From an uncultured virus (IMG/VR IMGVR_UViG_3300009034_000863) (lineage: Duplodnaviria; Heunggongvirae; Uroviricota; Caudoviricetes): 64,000 nucleotides of DNA. Location: the IMG/VR virus record IMGVR_UViG_3300009034_000863; one strand, written 5' to 3'. The position numbers and the translations under genes are program-made. How positions within the stretch are numbered: position 1 is the stretch's first letter; every line of letters begins with the position of its first letter. The notes below the pieces were generated by a model that was not told the origin of the DNA, did no database searches, and saw nothing but the letters and a program-made list of their open reading frames with translations. Shown piece by piece: positions 9,253-19,076 of this stretch.

Positions 9253-10341
9253 ATGTTAATGGTTAATCTAACTAGTAAAGAGACTAAAATAATTGACAAG
9301 TATTCTAAGAAATTGAGTATTCCAAAGACAGAATTGACAAATGAATTTGTTTCATTGCTTGTGGAAGAACAGAAGCTATCACCTAATGTTGATTTGGACA
9401 CACTTAGAAAGACAGCATTGATTATCTTCAGAGAGAAACATGCTGCAAGAGGAAGAAGTACAGCTACAGATCAGGAAGGATTCTTTATCGGTGACACAGG
9501 ACCATACGATATCAATCGAGGACTTAGGAGTAAGGCTAAAGCACTAATTGATGAGAACTTCAATGATGCGGTTCTTGAAGGATTAGTGGACAGAAAGACT
9601 GGAGAAATATTGGATAATAGAGCTGAACTTTGGGGAAGGACAAACCCAGGCTTCAAGGAACCTTTGAAAACAGTCTGGAGACGAAGAGTGTATGGATGCT
9701 TCTTGTCCAGTACAGATTATGAATTTGGAATCTTAAATCTGAATGGTGCAAGGGCTAGAAACACTATGCTAGAGTATTTTACTCCATGTAATTTTCCAGC
9801 TATTGACAAGGGAATGGACGCAGGTTACTTGACATTGAACCAGTCTAAATACACAGAATTCACTGAGTCAGATAAGAAAATAAATGTCTATGAAACTATA
9901 AAGAATGCTCTAAAGGATTACAAGGCAGAATGGAATGAACTTGACAAAGCATATGAATCTACTAAAGAAGCATGGGACGGAGTTACTCTTTTAGAAGGAT
10001 ATGTTAAGCAGGGAATAAATATCACAGATAGATCAACGATTCTGACTATAGCAGATCCTAAGAACGAAGAGTCTCTAGAATTTGAGAGTGTAACTTGTTT
10101 TATCCCTAGAATGTGGGAGATAAACTTTGGTGAATTCTCTACTATTCTGGCTCTTGGAAAACTTAGGAAGAGAAAGACCAGAAGTTATGGTCAAAGCCTA
10201 CTTGGATCAGACAATGAAGATCTAGGATACACCATGAGTGTCTATGGAATATATCCAGTAAGAGTAAGAACGCCTTCAGAAGTACAGGCAGTTAAATCAG
10301 AAGACCTCAAATGTACTTGGCACAAGAAGGGTAAGAAATGA
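9253..10341 (+). CDS. ssDNA-binding protein (RPA/OB-fold, archaeal virus type)
   Basis: Helical N-terminus followed by beta-rich OB-like segments (TILTIAD..VTCFIP..ILALG); located upstream of PolB. Confidence 0.6.
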   Translation: MLMVNLTSKETKIIDKYSKKLSIPKTELTNEFVSLLVEEQKLSPNVDLDTLRKTALIIFREKHAARGRSTATDQEGFFIGDTGPYDINRGLRSKAKALIDENFNDAVLEGLVDRKTGEILDNRAELWGRTNPGFKEPLKTVWRRRVYGCFLSSTDYEFGILNLNGARARNTMLEYFTPCNFPAIDKGMDAGYLTLNQSKYTEFTESDKKINVYETIKNALKDYKAEWNELDKAYESTKEAWDGVTLLEGYVKQGINITDRSTILTIADPKNEESLEFESVTCFIPRMWEINFGEFSTILALGKLRKRKTRSYGQSLLGSDNEDLGYTMSVYGIYPVRVRTPSEVQAVKSEDLKCTWHKKGKK

Positions 10342-11228
10342 CACCCTTCAAATTTGTCGATATAGAAAATACAACAGTGGTAGAGATAGGAAATATAGGA
10401 CCATACAAAATAGTCCTATATCCTGTCGATGTAGCAAAGGTATCTGAGACTAATATTAGAATTGTAGATAGGGACAAAGGACTAGAATATCTAGCAAAGA
10501 ACATTAATGAAGTGGGTCTATTTCACTTCATATGGATGACTAGTAAAGGCAATATCTATGCAGGTGGAAGAAGATGGCTTGCTTTTCTGAGAGGAGAAAG
10601 AGAAGGCTTAGACAAAAAGTTCAAGTTGTATAAAGTGAATGATAAATTACATATTCCAGCGATAATGTACGACTGTTCAGAAGAGATGCAGACTATAATT
10701 TCAATGGCAGAAGGAATGCATAAGGAAACACTTGGGAAAGACGATTACAGATATGCAGGAAAGTTCCTTATGGAAAAGAAAGGAATGAGTAAGCAAGAAG
10801 TAGCTGATTTCCTAGGTATAACCAAAGCAATGCTAGACTTATACTTCATATCTGAAGAATTACCAGACGAAGTTAAGAAATTGATACCAAAGAACACTAG
10901 TATCAGAAGGGACAGAACAATTAGACAGGTGACAAATGTACGAGGAGTAAAAGGAGACCCTGAACTCTTGAAGAAAGCAGTTATGATGGCTTCAAATCTT
11001 CCTATAGACATTGCTGATGCTTACAAGAAACAGATGGAACTAAGACTTGACATTTGGGACGAAGTTGATGAAGTAAAGAACAATCCTAGAAAGTTTGAAA
11101 CACTACAGATCAAGATGCCTAGAGATTTCCTAGGGAAATTCTATGGATACTTAGCAGAGAAGAGGAACTTTACTTTCACTAAGATTATTATGAAGGCTCT
11201 AGAAGAATATATGGAAGCTAATCCTTGA
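10338..11228 (+). CDS. ParB/Srx-like protein with HTH
   Basis: NIR...LAKNINEVGL...IYAGGRRWLA; MSKQEVADFLGIT HTH. Confidence 0.8.
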   Translation: MTPFKFVDIENTTVVEIGNIGPYKIVLYPVDVAKVSETNIRIVDRDKGLEYLAKNINEVGLFHFIWMTSKGNIYAGGRRWLAFLRGEREGLDKKFKLYKVNDKLHIPAIMYDCSEEMQTIISMAEGMHKETLGKDDYRYAGKFLMEKKGMSKQEVADFLGITKAMLDLYFISEELPDEVKKLIPKNTSIRRDRTIRQVTNVRGVKGDPELLKKAVMMASNLPIDIADAYKKQMELRLDIWDEVDEVKNNPRKFETLQIKMPRDFLGKFYGYLAEKRNFTFTKIIMKALEEYMEANP

Positions 11229-13774
11229 AGTTCTCTCTAATAACTGCCGAGTCAATAACTGAACAGGGAGAACCAATTGTTTATCTAGTCGGAAGAGATG
11301 AGAATAAAGAGAAAATCATAGTGAGGGTAACAGGATTCCCCCCCTATTTTTATGTTGGGAAAGATGATATAGAAAATAAAAAGTTGCCTAAACATTGTAG
11401 ATTAGAAACAATAGATCTTATTTCTTTATATGGTCATAGAAGCCTTCAGAAGCTAGTCTTTAGGAACTGTCGAGATGCTGAGATCGGACACAGATTTATT
11501 AAAATACAGCATGGAACTACCTATGAAGGTGATATGGCAAAGTCAACAAGACATGCTCAGAGATATTTAATTGATAAAGGAATTAAAAGTGGTTTCACTC
11601 AAGGAGAAGATAATGAACCAGTACCAGTTGATGTAGATAAAACTCCTTACAGAATCTATTTTATAGATTTAGAATCATTATCTTTAAAGACTGGCTGGGT
11701 CAGTCCAATGACACCTGATCCATTGATGATTATAGGAGTATATGACAATTATTCGGATGAATATAGAATTTATTATGTTAAGACTCCTATTCCAATAACA
11801 GTTAAATTACCCAAGTTGAAATTGATAGAGTGTGAAGATGAAAAAGATCTTCTTGAAAAATTCATTAAAGACTTCCAGAGAGATGATCCAGATATTATTA
11901 CAGCTCACAACTTAGATAGATATGACTATCCTAAGTTGAGAGAAAGGATGAAACATTATAAGATAAAAAGGGGAGTGTTATCTCCATTCAATATGGCTTA
12001 CAAGGCTGGAAAGCGTTATAGGATAAAAGGTAGAATATTATTTGATTTAATGAGGGGATATATGGAATTAACAGGTAGAGAACTACCTTCCTATTCATTA
12101 GAATATATTTGTAACAATAAGGAGTATGGTGAAGGATTGAACATTCCATTTGTAAGAATCAACAAGTCTTACAAGGAAGACTGGGAAAGTGATCCTTCCA
12201 GAGTGATAGAACTGAATTACTGGCATGTTTATGGAATCAGGGCATATGATGAATCTGCTGAAGTTGTGAACTTCTTTGACGAGGTCAGAAGGGAAGCAGG
12301 GTGTCTTCTTAACGACTCCCTCTCTAGAAAGCAGATTCTTGACACTGCTCTCTTACGATTATCACATAAAAGATTTGCATTACCTACAGAAAAGAGGTTT
12401 CCTAAAGCTAAGTTCCCAGGAGCAATTGTTCTCTCGCCAGTACCAGGACTTCATAAGAATGTAATATCAGTGGACTTGTCAAGAGCATACCCAAATATTA
12501 TTATTGCTTTTAACATTTCAGGGGATACTGTTACCACAGGGAGTACAGATGTAAATATAGATGGAATATACAAGTTTGTTTCTTCTCATAAGGGAATAAT
12601 TCCAGAACTGTTAGAAGAGTGGATATGGAAGAGAGAGGCTAAGAAGAAGTTAAGATTACAAGCTGAGAAAGATGGTAATAAAGAACTTGAGAAGAAATAT
12701 AAAAGGCAAGAGAACTGTGTGAAATATACTTGTAATGCAGCTTATGGTGTTATGGGACACAAGAGTTTCAGAGGGTTCAATCTAGCTGCTGCATCGGCTG
12801 TAACTTATCTATGTAGGAAAGGGATGGAATTTGCTGTTATTCAACTTAGAAAGTTAGGTTATCAAGTTATTTATGGAGATACTGATTCATTATTCTTTGT
12901 AGCAAAGAGTAAGAAACCAGTTGATGAGGCAAAGGAAGTCTTAGACATTTTGAATGAGAAATTTAAGATATTTGCAGGGAAATACAAGATTACTCAACAA
13001 CCATTTGAACTCGATCTCCAGAAGGTATATTCAGAGTATTGGCTTGTAGAAGTAAAGAAAAAATATATAGGTAGAATAATATTTGAGAATGGAATATTCA
13101 GGACTAGAATTGAAATTAAAGGATGGGACACAGTTCGATCTGATGCATCAAGACTTGAGAGAAGAGTAATTGAGGACTATTTAATAATGCAATTAGATGA
13201 GATACCTAGAGAAGAGAAATGGGAGTACTGGCTAGACCTAAAAGAGAGATTAGATAATAGAGAATTTCCTCTTACAGAATTAGGGTATGCAGGTAGAATT
13301 ACTAAGAAAATAGATGAATATGGAAAGTTCCCTAAGAATGAATTTGACTTAAGAATAGTTGGATTACCTGCTCATGTCAAAGCTGTAATCTATAGCAATA
13401 AAGTTCTGGGTACATCTTTCAGAGTTGGAGCCAAGCCTTTGAGAATACCTATTGATTTCAAGAGATTTGAAGGGCAAGAGACATACCCATTAAAATTTGA
13501 GAAAGTAGTAACGACTCTTGAAAAAGTAAAGGGTAAAAGGGGATTACAGAAAGTCGAGAGAACAATAGAATTTAAAGTAACTGACATAGCTATCGACAAT
13601 GATACCAGAATTCCTAAAGAGTTCCTTGATTGTATAGACTGGAAGAGAATTAATAAAAGATTAAATAAGAAGATAAATAGAGTATTCAAGGAAAAGGTTA
13701 AGATTGAGGATGAAATAAAAGAAAAGATTAGATTGAGAAATAGTTTGAATGGATATATGGAGGCTAAGAAATGA
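11225..13774 (+). CDS. polB: family B DNA polymerase
   Basis: FPPYFY N-domain; ExoI DLE; ExoII HNLDRYD; motif A DLSRAYP; motif B KYTCNAAYG; motif C YGDTDS; KKYIG; KGWDTVRSD. Confidence 0.96.
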   Translation: MKFSLITAESITEQGEPIVYLVGRDENKEKIIVRVTGFPPYFYVGKDDIENKKLPKHCRLETIDLISLYGHRSLQKLVFRNCRDAEIGHRFIKIQHGTTYEGDMAKSTRHAQRYLIDKGIKSGFTQGEDNEPVPVDVDKTPYRIYFIDLESLSLKTGWVSPMTPDPLMIIGVYDNYSDEYRIYYVKTPIPITVKLPKLKLIECEDEKDLLEKFIKDFQRDDPDIITAHNLDRYDYPKLRERMKHYKIKRGVLSPFNMAYKAGKRYRIKGRILFDLMRGYMELTGRELPSYSLEYICNNKEYGEGLNIPFVRINKSYKEDWESDPSRVIELNYWHVYGIRAYDESAEVVNFFDEVRREAGCLLNDSLSRKQILDTALLRLSHKRFALPTEKRFPKAKFPGAIVLSPVPGLHKNVISVDLSRAYPNIIIAFNISGDTVTTGSTDVNIDGIYKFVSSHKGIIPELLEEWIWKREAKKKLRLQAEKDGNKELEKKYKRQENCVKYTCNAAYGVMGHKSFRGFNLAAASAVTYLCRKGMEFAVIQLRKLGYQVIYGDTDSLFFVAKSKKPVDEAKEVLDILNEKFKIFAGKYKITQQPFELDLQKVYSEYWLVEVKKKYIGRIIFENGIFRTRIEIKGWDTVRSDASRLERRVIEDYLIMQLDEIPREEKWEYWLDLKERLDNREFPLTELGYAGRITKKIDEYGKFPKNEFDLRIVGLPAHVKAVIYSNKVLGTSFRVGAKPLRIPIDFKRFEGQETYPLKFEKVVTTLEKVKGKRGLQKVERTIEFKVTDIAIDNDTRIPKEFLDCIDWKRINKRLNKKINRVFKEKVKIEDEIKEKIRLRNSLNGYMEAKK

Positions 13775-14277
13775 AATTAACATTTCCTTTAATGTTTAAT
13801 AAAAGACCAATGTACACAGCAGAGGAATTAACTAGACAGATCAACATATCTAATGGAAGTATTCAATGTAAGATATCTTTCTATGGATATGAAGATTTCT
13901 TGAATGGTAAACCAGTATATGAGACTACAATTATAGATAAATTGCTTATAGACTGTAGCATGGAAGAGTGTAAGACATTATCTGAAAACTTCAAGAAATA
14001 TTCTATGTTCTATATTGGTGCCGAGGAATTCTACTTTGTGATACCTGTTGACAACATATTAAAAGGTGCTCTTAAAGATATAGCATTTAATATGAAAGAT
14101 AAAATTAAGAAAGAGACTGGACTTGATGTAAAGATAAATTATGCTTTGAATAGAATGATAGTTATGCCTAACACTTTCAATGTTAAGACCAAGAAGTTTG
14201 TGATACCAGTCTATAAGGAAGACTTAGAGGATATAGGAAAGATTAATGAGTTGGCTTTGAGTCAGAGATTAGAATAG
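13771..14277 (+). CDS. degenerate archaeo-eukaryotic primase (PriS-like), probably inactive
   Basis: SFY...IDKLLIDC and RMIVMPNTFNVKTKKFVIPV resemble viral AEP motifs, but DxD and SGxxGxH are missing. Confidence 0.55.
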   Translation: MKLTFPLMFNKRPMYTAEELTRQINISNGSIQCKISFYGYEDFLNGKPVYETTIIDKLLIDCSMEECKTLSENFKKYSMFYIGAEEFYFVIPVDNILKGALKDIAFNMKDKIKKETGLDVKINYALNRMIVMPNTFNVKTKKFVIPVYKEDLEDIGKINELALSQRLE

Positions 14278-14488
14278 GGGTTGGGGGGCGTATGAAATAT
14301 AAAAAAGGTTGTCCTTGTAATCATTGTTGGAATGATGAGAATGAATGGACCACTTGTTTAAGATTTCATTGTAAATCATATCAAGAATGGATAAGGAGTA
14401 GATCTGATGAAATGTAAAAATTGTGGTAAAGATATTGGAGATATTGAATATAAACATTGTAGTAGATGTGCTGGAATATTGTTAGGAG

Positions 14489-14677
14489 TTGAGGATTATG
14501 AAATGTGAGAAATGCACAATTAAAATAAAACCTGCAAAATGGTGTCACTGTAATTTTCATGATATTGATTATCCTTATAGAGAATCTTGTCCAGAATGCA
14601 ATCCATCTGGGTTCTGTGCAGAATGTTGTGGAGAAGGATATATAAGTTCTAAATGTAAGATATGTGGCGGTCCTTAG
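14489..14677 (+). CDS. Cys-rich Zn-finger protein
   Basis: Multiple CxxC motifs. Confidence 0.55.
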   Translation: MRIMKCEKCTIKIKPAKWCHCNFHDIDYPYRESCPECNPSGFCAECCGEGYISSKCKICGGP

Positions 14678-14953
14678 TTGTCAGTACAATGGATATTTGA
14701 TTACTCAAATGTGGTGTGTGCAATAGGAACGTTATTACAGATACTTGCAGTGATTAAAAATCGGACAGTCCTAAATGGCTATTCTTTATGGGGATCAATA
14801 ATTACTTTTAAAGCTATATTAGGATTTGATATCGGGTTCTTTTTGACAGGTTATTATTTTAGTGGAGCAGTAGGACTGTTAACTGTTACTTACTGGCTAG
14901 CAGTTATTATTTATAAATTGAAATATAGGGATAAGAATGTACAAAAACGATGA
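14678..14953 (+). CDS. 3-TM membrane protein, PQ-loop/SemiSWEET-like
   Basis: Three hydrophobic helices; LQILAVIKNR...GYSL pattern. Confidence 0.5.
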   Translation: MSVQWIFDYSNVVCAIGTLLQILAVIKNRTVLNGYSLWGSIITFKAILGFDIGFFLTGYYFSGAVGLLTVTYWLAVIIYKLKYRDKNVQKR

Positions 14954-15212
14954 ATATTTAAACCAAATAGTTATTGAGAAACTTGTAAAAGATCCATCTT
15001 TTCTTTTATGGCTTAAAAATCATTATCATATGTCTTTGAAGATAACTCCTATTAAAGTGATGAGTGTTGATGAAGATCGATCATTAGATCAAATAGTTTG
15101 GAAATTTGAACGGGAATATTATCCAGTAATAAAAAAGAAAAAACTAAATATAGCAGAAAAGATATCTTACTATGTTAAGGACATGAAGTTATGCAGAAAA
15201 GAAAACAAATAA
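14937..15212 (+). CDS. hypothetical protein
   Basis: ORF in a packed operon. Confidence 0.55.
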   Translation: MYKNDEYLNQIVIEKLVKDPSFLLWLKNHYHMSLKITPIKVMSVDEDRSLDQIVWKFEREYYPVIKKKKLNIAEKISYYVKDMKLCRKENK

Positions 15213-15472
15213 TTCTTGACCTGATAAATGGGATGGAAGTTCCAAGAGGAGTTAAATCTCATCTCAAGAAACTTTTAGGACATGCTAATACCCCTAGAGA
15301 ATTTGATGACTATGTCTATAACTTTACTAAAAAAATAGATGTATTTAAATCAATAAGAGATGATTATAACAACAATTGGCATTTCTCTTATTGTTCATGT
15401 GATGAATGTGAAGAATTAAGGAAAAAACAGTGGGAAATGAGTTATTTATATGTAGGAGGAAGAAATAGATGA
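15191..15472 (+). CDS. hypothetical protein with HxxxCxCxxC
   Basis: HFSYCSCDEC. Confidence 0.55.
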   Translation: MQKRKQIILDLINGMEVPRGVKSHLKKLLGHANTPREFDDYVYNFTKKIDVFKSIRDDYNNNWHFSYCSCDECEELRKKQWEMSYLYVGGRNR

Positions 15473-15921
15473 ATATAGCATTTGATATAGATGGAGTAGT
15501 CTTAGATATTGATCTGGGACTAATAAGAAGTATAGACCATGAACATAGACCAGAAATAAAGGATGAACTGTGGCATTTCTATTATGCTAAAAGAGATCTT
15601 CAATTAAATCCTAATGATTTCATGCATGATGGAGATAAACTATTCTTGATAACTGGTAGAAACATTGAATTTACTAAAGAGACTGTGGGATGGAAAGAAA
15701 GATATTTTCCAACTGCTACTTTAGTGATGTTAGATCAGAATATTCCTGAGGCAGAAGAAGGGGTAGAAGAGTGGTTTATAAATCAAGCAAGAATGAAAGC
15801 TAAGGCATTAAAGAAATATGATATTGATATATACTTTGAAGACACACCAGCTGTAGTAAAAGAACTGAGGAAACTAGTTGACATTCCAATTATTCAATAT
15901 GGTGGAAGGTTTGACTACTAA
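15469..15921 (+). CDS. HAD-family (5'-nucleotidase-like) phosphatase
   Basis: IAFDIDGV, LITGR, K, YFEDTP. Confidence 0.85.
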   Translation: MNIAFDIDGVVLDIDLGLIRSIDHEHRPEIKDELWHFYYAKRDLQLNPNDFMHDGDKLFLITGRNIEFTKETVGWKERYFPTATLVMLDQNIPEAEEGVEEWFINQARMKAKALKKYDIDIYFEDTPAVVKELRKLVDIPIIQYGGRFDY

Positions 15922-16106
15922 TGGTAAGAAAAGAACCAGGACATGCTTGTAAGAAGCATTGGTGGTCAAGAGAAAGAAACTTGACTGAAGAAGAAGTAGA
16001 AGAGAATAATTGTAAAGAATGTGAGAACCATAGAAGGTTTAATTGGATACTTCCAACTAAGAAATCTAAATGTAAAGACTTTGATCTTGATCCATGAGGT
16101 GATTAT

Positions 16107-16397
16107 ATGAACCAATTAGAAAATGAATTAAGAAAGTTAATAAAAAAGAGAAGTAAAGACGGGTACTGGATGATTACTTCTTCTCTCTCTACTGATCCTA
16201 GAGACTCTTTTATCAATGATATTATGGGAGTAATTGAAGATATGAAAAAGTCATTCCCTAACTTTGATAATATAATAAAGAAATTTGAGAAGAACAATTG
16301 GCTTCCTAACGAGTTTGAAAGTGTAGCTTTGCCATTTTCTAGAGATGCAATATTTTGGTACACAAGGTGGTTGAAAGATTGGAGTACAAAGAAATAA
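16107..16397 (+). CDS. hypothetical protein
   Basis: GAGGTG SD; 96 aa. Confidence 0.55.
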   Translation: MNQLENELRKLIKKRSKDGYWMITSSLSTDPRDSFINDIMGVIEDMKKSFPNFDNIIKKFEKNNWLPNEFESVALPFSRDAIFWYTRWLKDWSTKK

Positions 16398-16606
16398 TAG
16401 AATATCATCTGAAGAAAGCAGAAGAGAAGTTTAATTCTGCTAAAACTGAATTTGAAAGAATGTATTGGAAAAAGATAGGGAACATGCTTCTATCGGACTT
16501 TAGGAATTACCAGACTATAAATAAGTGGAAAGAGACAGGAATGATAGATTTAGAAAAGATATTTGAACAGTTTTTCAGGGGGGGAAGTATGTTTGGTAAA
16601 GGATGA
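16355..16606 (+). CDS. hypothetical protein
   Basis: ORF in a packed operon. Confidence 0.5.
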   Translation: MVHKVVERLEYKEIIEYHLKKAEEKFNSAKTEFERMYWKKIGNMLLSDFRNYQTINKWKETGMIDLEKIFEQFFRGGSMFGKG

Positions 16607-16973
16607 AACTAAACAAGATATAAATGAATTGTGGCTAGCACAATTCAAGAAAGGTCATCCAATGGTATATAAAACAATGCTTGAACATGCACATTTACAT
16701 GAAGCTAAGAATGCTGATTATGCAAGTCCTGAACAACCATTGGCTAACTTTGAGAGAGTTGGTAAATGGATAGTAGAATATGAACTTTGGAGATTAGCAG
16801 AGACAAACCCAGCATTATTTACTGCTATAGTGTATATGCTGAAACAGTTAGATGCGGCATTTAAACTTTTAGGAAGAAATGAAAAGGGTGGAGTAGAAGG
16901 AGTACCCCAACGGTTTGACGATGTAAGTGTTTACAGTGTAATCAGTAAAGTATTATATATAGAGGGAAAATAG
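16563..16973 (+). CDS. nucleotide modification-associated domain 1 (Nmad1/DUF1599-like)
   Basis: LHEAKNADYA...PLANFE...KQLDA...EGV..RFDDVSVY pattern. Confidence 0.75.
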   Translation: MNSFSGGEVCLVKDETKQDINELWLAQFKKGHPMVYKTMLEHAHLHEAKNADYASPEQPLANFERVGKWIVEYELWRLAETNPALFTAIVYMLKQLDAAFKLLGRNEKGGVEGVPQRFDDVSVYSVISKVLYIEGK

Positions 16974-16974
16974 A

Positions 16975-17235
16975 ATGACAATTGAAGGAGAATCTTTTTC
17001 TGAATTAAGAGATTCTTTTAATAGAGTTTCACAGTTAAAACCTATGAAACGAATATTTGTAGAAATAGAGGATTCTGAAATGGATGAAATAATAAAATTA
17101 AATGCTTTTATTCCTCCTTATCAATTACCAGAAGTTATGATATATGGAACTCCAAGAATAATTGGAGCTATCAATATAGTAAGTGGTCTTGGATGGGAAG
17201 CAATGTTATTCTTTGTAAAGAAGGAGGTTCAATAA
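16975..17235 (+). CDS. hypothetical protein
   Basis: 86-aa ORF. Confidence 0.55.
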   Translation: MTIEGESFSELRDSFNRVSQLKPMKRIFVEIEDSEMDEIIKLNAFIPPYQLPEVMIYGTPRIIGAINIVSGLGWEAMLFFVKKEVQ

Positions 17236-17433
17236 ATGAGTGGTGCTAGTGGTCCATGGATAATTCCAGCAACATTTATAGTATTGTTATTGGCTTTAAT
17301 AGGACTAGGGAAACTAATTGGTAGACTTAGAAAAAGAAACTAAACATTGTCCTACATGTCATAAGAATGTTGTTCCCATAATACATATCTGTGGATGTTT
17401 GTACTGTTCTAACTGTAATAATCTTATCCGAGG

Positions 17434-17937
17434 ATGTGGGATTCTCTATTATATAGAAAGGGAAGAACTTTGAGTACTGTAGCATTAGTTCCATTAGACT
17501 ATGTAGTTATAGATATGAGAGCTAGGACATGGTGTAAATTGCCATATCCAGATCACCCTAAAGGATGTCCTAACTATAATAAGAAAGAAGGATGTCCTCC
17601 CACATCTGAATTATTTACTGACTTAGTTGATCCTCCATATCTTTTAGTTGGAGTAAAGTTTGATTTAGAGGGATGGGCTAACAAGATGAAAGAGAAGCAT
17701 CCTAACTGGTCAGACAGACAGGCTCGATGTTGCTTATATTGGCAAGGAAAGGTCAGAAAAGAACTTAGAGAAATATGTGAGAAAATGTGTCAGAGAGACC
17801 AAGTAATATTATATGCTCCAGAATCGAATGGAGTACATGTATTTAAAACATGTAAACAGATAGGAATGGAAATAGAAAGAAATCCTCAAGTATTTGTGTG
17901 GAAGATAGCTATTATAGGAAAGAGAAAGAATGGGTGA
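17434..17937 (+). CDS. DUF2284-like metal-binding protein
   Basis: C...CPNY...CPP...RCC...PESNGVHVFKT. Confidence 0.7.
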   Translation: MWDSLLYRKGRTLSTVALVPLDYVVIDMRARTWCKLPYPDHPKGCPNYNKKEGCPPTSELFTDLVDPPYLLVGVKFDLEGWANKMKEKHPNWSDRQARCCLYWQGKVRKELREICEKMCQRDQVILYAPESNGVHVFKTCKQIGMEIERNPQVFVWKIAIIGKRKNG

Positions 17938-18018
17938 TATAAAATTGATAAAGAAAACTCTTGATACTAGAGTGGACGACTTAAGTATAAAAGTGATATT
18001 TCTTGAACATAGAATGAA

Positions 18019-18231
18019 ATGGTTAGAGGAAGAAATAGAGAAGTTAAAGAAGAAATAAAAATGGTAATGACAAAGGACCGTCTTAAAGAAATATTTCCTG
18101 AACATGCAGAAGAAATAGATAAAATAGAAAGAAGTACTGCTTGTGGATGTAGTGGGTGTATATGGATGATCCTTAAAGGAAAATATCCAGATTTAACTAT
18201 TCCAGAAGATTATTATGGAATATGGGTTTAA
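18019..18231 (+). CDS. small Cys-containing hypothetical protein
   Basis: CGCSGC motif. Confidence 0.5.
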   Translation: MVRGRNREVKEEIKMVMTKDRLKEIFPEHAEEIDKIERSTACGCSGCIWMILKGKYPDLTIPEDYYGIWV

Positions 18232-19076
18232 AAATGAGATATGAAATAATTAATGGGGATACTTCTAAAGTTATAAGTACTTTTAGTTCAAATACTATAG
18301 ATTTGATATTAACATCTCCTCCGTATAATGTAGGAAAGGGATATGAAGATAAGTTAGACTTTAACAGTTATTTAGACTTCTTGAAGAAATCATTTAAAGA
18401 ATATCCTAGAATTCTATCAAATAAAGGATCTTTTATTCTTGTAATAGATGACTATGTTTTAAAAGATCATGCTCGATCTTTAACTATTCCTGAGGTATGG
18501 TTATACTGCACCAAAGAGTTAGGTCTAAACTTTATTGAAATGTATATCTGGAACAAACAACACTTACTTCCTATCAAGTCTAAATATAGAGCTAGCAATA
18601 TCTTTGAATATTGTTTCCATTTCTCTAAGACATTAAACTTTACTTTCAATATTGATGAGATTAGGAGACCATATAAAGAAAGTACTATTAAAAGATATGA
18701 GAATAAGATGATGAAGAGATGGACAAGAGAGAAGACCCCTATAACTGATCAATATAAGATGGTAAAGGCTGATCCAAGAGGGGCGTTACCTAAGAATATA
18801 TTGGATATCCCTGCTGTAGTTAAGTTTATAGCAGATCATCCAGCAATATTCTCTGAGAAGTTAGCTGCATTTTTTATAAAAGGATTTAGTAATAAAGGAG
18901 ATAATGTATTGGATCCATTTTTAGGTTCTGGAACAACTATGAAAGTAGCTATGGATTTGTCTAGGAATTGTACAGGGATAGAGTTAAATAAGAAATACTG
19001 TCAGATATCTATAGATAGATGCTTTAAACAATCCAAGTTGACTGATATGGAATGTATATATGAGGAAATTAAATGA
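18222..19076 (+). CDS. beta-class amino-DNA methyltransferase (probably N4-cytosine)
   Basis: TSPPY (motif IV) precedes HPAIF and VLDPFLGSGTT (motif I). Confidence 0.92.
   Translation: MGLKMRYEIINGDTSKVISTFSSNTIDLILTSPPYNVGKGYEDKLDFNSYLDFLKKSFKEYPRILSNKGSFILVIDDYVLKDHARSLTIPEVWLYCTKELGLNFIEMYIWNKQHLLPIKSKYRASNIFEYCFHFSKTLNFTFNIDEIRRPYKESTIKRYENKMMKRWTREKTPITDQYKMVKADPRGALPKNILDIPAVVKFIADHPAIFSEKLAAFFIKGFSNKGDNVLDPFLGSGTTMKVAMDLSRNCTGIELNKKYCQISIDRCFKQSKLTDMECIYEEIK

Noticed and set aside
12276..12464. Plus-strand ORF nested in PolB
   Set aside because: Out-of-frame overlap with no SD or motif; most likely chance.
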